A program made the position numbers and the translations under genes. A stretch of DNA of 64,000 bases from Spirochaetia bacterium (GTDB lineage Bacteria > Spirochaetota > Spirochaetia > SZUA-6 > Bin103), in the NCBI GenBank assembly GCA_965203515.1, contig OZ241907.1, forward strand, positions 416,001-480,000, given 5' to 3'. Under the pieces are notes generated by a model, which saw only the letters and a list, made by a program, of their open reading frames with translations, was not told the origin of the DNA and did not search any database. This document shows, piece by piece, positions 58,900 through 64,000 of this stretch; within the stretch, counting starts at the first letter, position 1; each line of letters opens with the position of its first letter.

Positions 58900-59745
58900 C
58901 TACCCCTTGACCGATCCGGCCATCAGCCCGCGCACGAAGTAGCGCTGCAGCGAGAAGAAGATGATCAGCGGCATCACCATGGTCACGAACGCGCCGGAGG
59001 TGAGCACGTGCCAATCCTGCCCGCGGGAGCCGACCAGCTCGGCGAGCCGGGTGGTGACCAGCGCCAGCTCCGCCTTGGTCCCCAGGAACACCAGCGCCAC
59101 CAGCAGATCGTTCCACACCCAGAGGAACTGAAAGATCGCGAACGACGCCACCACCGGCATGGAGAGCGGCAGCACGAGCCGCGTGAAGGTCACCCAGGGG
59201 GTCGCGCCGTCGGTGTGCGCCGACTCGATGATCTCGCCCGAGATGGAGGTGGCGATGTACCCGTACAGCAGATAGGTGGCGAGCGGCAGGCCGAAACCGG
59301 TATGCGCGAGCCAGATGCCCAGAAAGGTGCCGTTCAGCCGCAGGCCGGTATAGAGCCGCAGCACCGGGATCAGCGCCATCTGCAGCGGCACGATCAGCAG
59401 GCTGACGATGAGGATGAAGATCAGATGGCGTCCCGGAAAGTCCATCCAGGCGATGGCGTAGGCGGCGAACGCGGCGATCGTGATCGGGATCACCGTGGAA
59501 GGGATCGTCACCAGCAGGCTGTTCAGGAAGGCGTTGCCCATGTTTTCGGCCAGGACCACCCGTTCGTAATTGCGCAGGGTCCACTGGCCGGTCGCGAACG
59601 GTTCGGTAAGCGCCGTCCACCAGCCGGTGCTGGCGATCGCGTCCGCGGAGCGGAACGAGCTTACCAGCAGCCCGAGCGTGGGGGCTGTCCAGATGATCAC
59701 CAGCGCTCCCAGCAGGAACCAGATGACCAGTCGGACCGGCTTCAT
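58900..59745 (-). CDS. Alpha-glucoside-type ABC permease (AglG-like)
   Basis: Motifs PLQMALIP, WLAHTGFGLP, FQFLWVWNDL and GLMAGSVKG. Confidence 0.88.
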   Translation of the reverse strand: MKPVRLVIWFLLGALVIIWTAPTLGLLVSSFRSADAIASTGWWTALTEPFATGQWTLRNYERVVLAENMGNAFLNSLLVTIPSTVIPITIAAFAAYAIAWMDFPGRHLIFILIVSLLIVPLQMALIPVLRLYTGLRLNGTFLGIWLAHTGFGLPLATYLLYGYIATSISGEIIESAHTDGATPWVTFTRLVLPLSMPVVASFAIFQFLWVWNDLLVALVFLGTKAELALVTTRLAELVGSRGQDWHVLTSGAFVTMVMPLIIFFSLQRYFVRGLMAGSVKG

Positions 59746-60854
59746 GCCGATTCCTTCCGCATGCGGCGTACGGTACGGAACATGAAGGGGATGACGATGA
59801 TGAACAGCAGCACCGCCAGCGCGCTGCCCCGTCCGAAGTCGAAGAACCGAAACGCCTCGGCGTACATGCGCGACGCCACCACGTCGGTGTCGAAGTTGCC
59901 GCTGGTCATGACGAACACGACGTCGAAGACCTTCAGCACCAGGAACAGGATCGTGGTCGACACCGTGAGCAGGGTGGCCCTGATGCGCGGGACGGTAATC
60001 ATGAAGAAGACCCGGATCTCGCCGGCGCCGTCGATGCGGGCCGCCTCCAGCAGCTCCCGGGGCACGCCCTTTACCGCGGCGGACAGGATCACCATGGCGA
60101 ATCCGGTCTGCAGCCAGATCATGATGAAGATCAGGAACAGGTTGTTCATCCAGGGGACGCCGATCGCGTTCCAGGGTAGCTGCGTCAGCCATGCCTGCGG
60201 CTCGCCGCCGAGCGCGGTGACGACGGCGTTCAGCAGGCCGACCTGTTCATAGCCGGCCGGCTGAAAATAATAGACGAAGCGCCAGATCACGCTGGCGCCG
60301 ACGAACGATATCGCCATCGGCAGGAAGATCAGCGCCTTGATGACGCGCTCGACCACCCGTCCCAGCCGGTCGATCAGGACCGCGATCAGCAGCCCCAGCA
60401 CCACCGCGAAGAACGGCACCAGCAACACCCAGAGCAAGGTGTTGCGGAGCACCAGCAGCATCTCCGGGTCGGTGGCGATGAAGGAGTAGTTCGCAAATCC
60501 CACGAACATCCGTGAGGTGCGATCGAAGAAGCTGATCCAGATCGTGCGCACCGCCGGAAAGACGATGTAGATGCCGGCGATCAGGATCGCGGGACCCACG
60601 AACAGCCAGGGGCGGACCGCGTCCCGCAGGCGGCGCGGGAGGGCGTCGACCACGCCGTTGCCGGCGGCGAACAACCCCCAGACCCCGCCGATGCCGATGA
60701 TCAGGGCTGTTACGGCGATCAGCGCTTTCGGAGCCCCGCTGTCCCGCATGAACAGGAACGCCGCCAGGATGATCGCCGCGACGCCGGCGAACAGACCGGC
60801 GGCGCGCACCATCGGCAGGACCGAAACCCGCTCGGCCCGTGCCCGCTCTGCCAT
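59742..60854 (-). CDS. Alpha-glucoside-type ABC permease (AglF-like)
   Basis: Motifs FLPMAISFVGASVIW, WLQTGFAMV and EAARIDGA. Confidence 0.88.
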   Translation of the reverse strand: MAERARAERVSVLPMVRAAGLFAGVAAIILAAFLFMRDSGAPKALIAVTALIIGIGGVWGLFAAGNGVVDALPRRLRDAVRPWLFVGPAILIAGIYIVFPAVRTIWISFFDRTSRMFVGFANYSFIATDPEMLLVLRNTLLWVLLVPFFAVVLGLLIAVLIDRLGRVVERVIKALIFLPMAISFVGASVIWRFVYYFQPAGYEQVGLLNAVVTALGGEPQAWLTQLPWNAIGVPWMNNLFLIFIMIWLQTGFAMVILSAAVKGVPRELLEAARIDGAGEIRVFFMITVPRIRATLLTVSTTILFLVLKVFDVVFVMTSGNFDTDVVASRMYAEAFRFFDFGRGSALAVLLFIIVIPFMFRTVRRMRKESA

Positions 60855-60885
60855 CGGCTCGCTCCGCAAGTGAAAGAGGCGCGAC

Positions 60886-60928
60886 GCGCCGGCCGCCGGG
60901 CGCTCAGAGATCGCCCTGCGGCCGGCGC
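60886..60928 (-). terminator. Intercistronic stem-loop after the substrate-binding gene
   Basis: Inverted repeat gcgccggccgc-c-gggcg ... cgccc-t-gcggccggcgc. Confidence 0.5.
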
Positions 60929-60947
60929 CGAGGCGCGTTCAGCTCGC

Positions 60948-62276
60948 TCAGCGCGGAAACGACGCGTCGATCTTGCCGAGTACCGACCCCAGCTCCTCGC
61001 CGCTGACGTAGTCGACCATACCGGTCCAGAAGGTGCCGGCTCCCACCGCGCCCGGCATCAGGTCCGAGCCGTCGAAGCGGAAGGTGTCGGCGTTCTGGAT
61101 GATCTCCGCCGCTTTCTGGTCGACGTAGGAACCGTGCCACTCGATCTCGGCATCCTTGTGCGGCGCCACGAAGCCGCCGAATCCGGCCCACACGCGGGTG
61201 GACTCGCCGGATGCCAGCCAACGCATCACCGCCAGGGTCGCCGGATCGTCGTTGAAGGCGCTGAGGATGTCGCCGGCGCCGAGCGCCGCGCGTCCTTCCT
61301 CCGCGTCGATGGGCGGCAGGTAGAAGACGTCGATCACCTCGCCGATCCGCTCCTGGGCATCGTCCGGCAGGAAGCCGGCGATGAAGGTGGCCTGCCGGTG
61401 CATCAGGGCGCGCGGCGGATCCTGCACCAGCGGCGTCGCCGCATCGCCGAACGGCACGGTCAGGATCGCGCTGCGGCCGCCCAGGACGAAGTCGTCCCGG
61501 AACCAGACGTCGCTCATGATCTCGATCGCGCGGCGCACCTCCGGTGAATCGAACGGCAGCTCGCCGCGCGTCCAGGCATCGTACTGCTCCGGCGTCGCCG
61601 TACGGAGCAGGATGTCCTCGATCCAGTCGGTGGCGACCCAGCCGGTCGCCCCGGAGCTCTCGATGCCGATCGACCAGGGCACGTAGCCGTCGCTGACCAT
61701 CCGCTCGGAGAGGGCTACCAGTTCGTCCCAGGTCTCCGGGATGGCGTAGCCGTTGGCTTCGAAGACCGGTTTCGCGTACCAGACCAGGCTCTTCAACGAC
61801 GCCCGGTACCAGACGCCGGCGATCACGTCATCGACGCGCGACAGATCGATCCAGGCGTCCGAATACTGCTGCCGCAGGTACTCCATGCTGAACGACTCGG
61901 ACAGGTCGGTGATGTACCCGCGCCGTACCAGGTCGGCCATCAGGCCGGGCTGCGGGAAGGCGGCGATGTCGGGCGGATCGCCGCCCTCGGCGCGAATCAC
62001 CACCAGCGACTCGAAGTCGCCGGATCCTTCGTAGACGATGTCGATGCCGGTCTGTTCCTCGAACGGCGCCATGCTCGCGTCGAAGCGCTCCGCGTCCACG
62101 TCGACGAAGGCGCCGAAGACGTTGACCGTGGAGCCGGACAGGTCCTGACCGTCGGTCCAGGGGTTGTCGGCGGCGGCGGAAGCGGTCGCGGCCTCCTCCT
62201 CACCGGTGGCGAACAGCGGCGCGGCCGCGATGGAGCAGAGCGCCGCCGTGATGAGCAGTATCCGTGCTCGATGCAT
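60948..62276 (-). CDS. Alpha-glucoside-type ABC substrate-binding protein (AglE-like)
   Basis: Signal peptide, then PQPGL, KSLVWY, ATGWVATDWIED and FRFDGSDLMP. Confidence 0.87.
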   Translation of the reverse strand: MHRARILLITAALCSIAAAPLFATGEEEAATASAAADNPWTDGQDLSGSTVNVFGAFVDVDAERFDASMAPFEEQTGIDIVYEGSGDFESLVVIRAEGGDPPDIAAFPQPGLMADLVRRGYITDLSESFSMEYLRQQYSDAWIDLSRVDDVIAGVWYRASLKSLVWYAKPVFEANGYAIPETWDELVALSERMVSDGYVPWSIGIESSGATGWVATDWIEDILLRTATPEQYDAWTRGELPFDSPEVRRAIEIMSDVWFRDDFVLGGRSAILTVPFGDAATPLVQDPPRALMHRQATFIAGFLPDDAQERIGEVIDVFYLPPIDAEEGRAALGAGDILSAFNDDPATLAVMRWLASGESTRVWAGFGGFVAPHKDAEIEWHGSYVDQKAAEIIQNADTFRFDGSDLMPGAVGAGTFWTGMVDYVSGEELGSVLGKIDASFPR

Positions 62277-62428
62277 GTCGTGGGTCCTCCTCAATGTGCT
62301 GTACGCGAGGGTGCCGGCATCGCGCCCGGCTGTCAATTCGGCCTCCAATTCGGCGCGGCGTCCGGGCGCCGCTGTCCGACGTTACCGACGCCGATCTGGC
62401 GCGGCTGCGCGCCGGGCTGCAGGAGCTG

Positions 62429-63274
62429 TCACTGCTGAGATTGCGCGGCGGCGCCCCGATACTCGAAGCGCGGCTTGGCGCCGGTCACCTCGATGATCCG
62501 ATAGTTGCGCGGCGACTCCTCCCACGCGGATTGGCATTCGAATCCCCACAGCCGGCGCAGCGTGGGGGAGGCCGCTTCGACGATGTCGCGCGGGATCGAG
62601 CGGGTGTGATCGCAGAACGGCTTCATCCGCGCCCGGCAGTGGAAGTTCAGCACCGCGTAGCGAACCTGATCCGTATGGTTGGGCGCGCCGCCGTGCAGGA
62701 GCCGTCCGTCATAGACCAGACAGGCGCCCGGCTTGCAGATGAACTGCCGTTCTTCCCCGGGCGGCACGGTCCGGGGGTCGATGTCTCTGTTGTGCGACCC
62801 CGGCACGAAGCGGGTGGCGCCGCTCTCGGCGGTGAACTCGGAGAGCGCGAACAGGGACTGCGCGAAGGTGGGCACGACCGCGTGTACGTTGTAGGGCGGG
62901 TTCGGCATGAAGTCGTCCCCGTCGCGGTGCAGGCCCTGCGCCTTCATGCCCGGCAACGGCGATCGAGCCCCCGAGTCGCACAGGACATAGTCATCGCCCA
63001 GCAGGTAAGCCAGGCAGGCCATCACCGGCGGTATCTGCAGCATCTCGCGGAACACCTCGGCCCGCGCCGACAGGTTATGAGTGCGCAGGGTGCCGGGCTC
63101 GTGTTCGGCGGCGCGGTCTTCCCGATAGGTGATCGCCAGCTCCCTGATCGCCTGGTCGATCTGGCGCGCGGTGAGCACGCCTTCGAGGATCGTGTAGCCC
63201 TGCTCATCGAGCTCCTCGAAGCGCTTCAGCATCGCGGGGTGGTTCCGCAGATCGGCGGTCGCTTCCGTCGCCAT
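62429..63274 (-). CDS. Phytanoyl-CoA dioxygenase (PhyH) family
   Basis: Motifs GYTILEGVL, QGLHRD, GATRFVPGSH and LLHGGAPN. Confidence 0.88.
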   Translation of the reverse strand: MATEATADLRNHPAMLKRFEELDEQGYTILEGVLTARQIDQAIRELAITYREDRAAEHEPGTLRTHNLSARAEVFREMLQIPPVMACLAYLLGDDYVLCDSGARSPLPGMKAQGLHRDGDDFMPNPPYNVHAVVPTFAQSLFALSEFTAESGATRFVPGSHNRDIDPRTVPPGEERQFICKPGACLVYDGRLLHGGAPNHTDQVRYAVLNFHCRARMKPFCDHTRSIPRDIVEAASPTLRRLWGFECQSAWEESPRNYRIIEVTGAKPRFEYRGAAAQSQQ

Positions 63275-63280
63275 GGCCCG

Positions 63281-63289
63281 ATTGTACCA
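63281..63289 (-). promoter_or_regulatory. Extended -10 (TGgTACAAT) for a leaderless phyH transcript
   Basis: Lies 6 nt upstream of ATG 63274, with no SD. Confidence 0.6.
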
Positions 63290-63339
63290 TGCACGGGCGC
63301 CCCTTGCGGAGCGGCGCCGGTCGGGCTACCGTCCAACGC

Positions 63340-63756
63340 ATGGGACAGCTCCGACACCTCGCGTTGCGCTGCAGCGACCTCGACCGCTCGCGAACCTTCT
63401 ATCAGACCGTGTTCGGCTGGGAGTTCCTGGGATACCGCGGCAGTGGGCGCGCGTTGGATCTTACCGACGGCGTGCTCAACGTCACCCTGATCGACCACTC
63501 GCCGATCGACCGCCGCCAGTACGAGGAGGGTGACGAGTTCATCCACTTCGGGGTGGTCGTCGATGACCTGGACGCGGTATGGCGGCGGCTGCACGAGCTG
63601 GGGGTGTCGTTCTCGAAGGAGAGCGTCAAGGAGCGCAACCCGATCGATCCCACCCAGCCGCCGCCGGTCTCCTTCAAGGTGCTCGACCCCGACGGCAACG
63701 TGGTCGACATCACCGCCAACCGCAACGAGTGGGTCGGAGTGAGGCTGGACGGCTGA
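63340..63756 (+). CDS. VOC/glyoxalase family protein
   Basis: Motifs LRHLALRCSDL...FY, HFGVVVDD and DPDGN. Confidence 0.88.
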   Translation: MGQLRHLALRCSDLDRSRTFYQTVFGWEFLGYRGSGRALDLTDGVLNVTLIDHSPIDRRQYEEGDEFIHFGVVVDDLDAVWRRLHELGVSFSKESVKERNPIDPTQPPPVSFKVLDPDGNVVDITANRNEWVGVRLDG

Positions 63757-63760
63757 GGGA

Positions 63761-64000
63761 TCACTCGACCGCCGGCGGATCGGACAGCCAGCGCCAGATC
63801 GGCCGCAGGCGCACGCGCCCTCGCATCCCGTACCACTCCACCTCCTGCTCGGCATCGGTGTCGGCGGTGAGAACGAGCAACGAGGCGTTCGTCGTCGAAA
63901 TTGACGTACCCCGGCGACGCGCCTTGATTCAGTAGATGCATCGCCAGAAAAGACTTCCCGCAGCGCCGCGGGCCGATGATCACCTTGATCAGGTCGTCGT
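63761..64000 (-). pseudogene. AAA_14/DUF4143 ATPase remnant with probable internal deletion (5' end outside window)
   Basis: IIGPRRCGKS...YVNFDDERL is joined out of frame to LLVLTADTDAEQEVEW...RLRPIWRWL...stop. Confidence 0.7.

Overview
High-GC bacterial chromosomal window. Positions 1-15890 are a layered anti-phage island: a type 2 BREX/Pgl system (5'-truncated pglX, pglY, pglZ). Between pglX and pglY sit a second large N6-adenine-type methyltransferase with a coupled small PD-(D/E)xK-like protein, a GmrSD-type DUF262/HNH protein, and an inverted Rpn-family nuclease with an internal ribosome-binding site and a 13x12-bp repeat. The remainder is mainly carbohydrate/sugar-acid catabolism: three sugar ABC transporters, GH13 and GH57 alpha-glucanases, three enolase-superfamily enzymes, UxuA-like, RraA-like, DHDPS-like, two PhyH and two AKR genes. 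Stand-alone conflict modules are scattered among these: AAA_14/DUF4143 ATPases, Fic, a small putative toxin plus an ImmA/IrrE peptidase, and an ABC-type ATPase plus a PD-(D/E)xK protein. Two genes are broken, one by a 172-bp duplication and one by an apparent internal deletion. Several genes appear leaderless. No rRNA, tRNA or CRISPR array was recognised. All family calls come from motif recognition by eye, not database searches.
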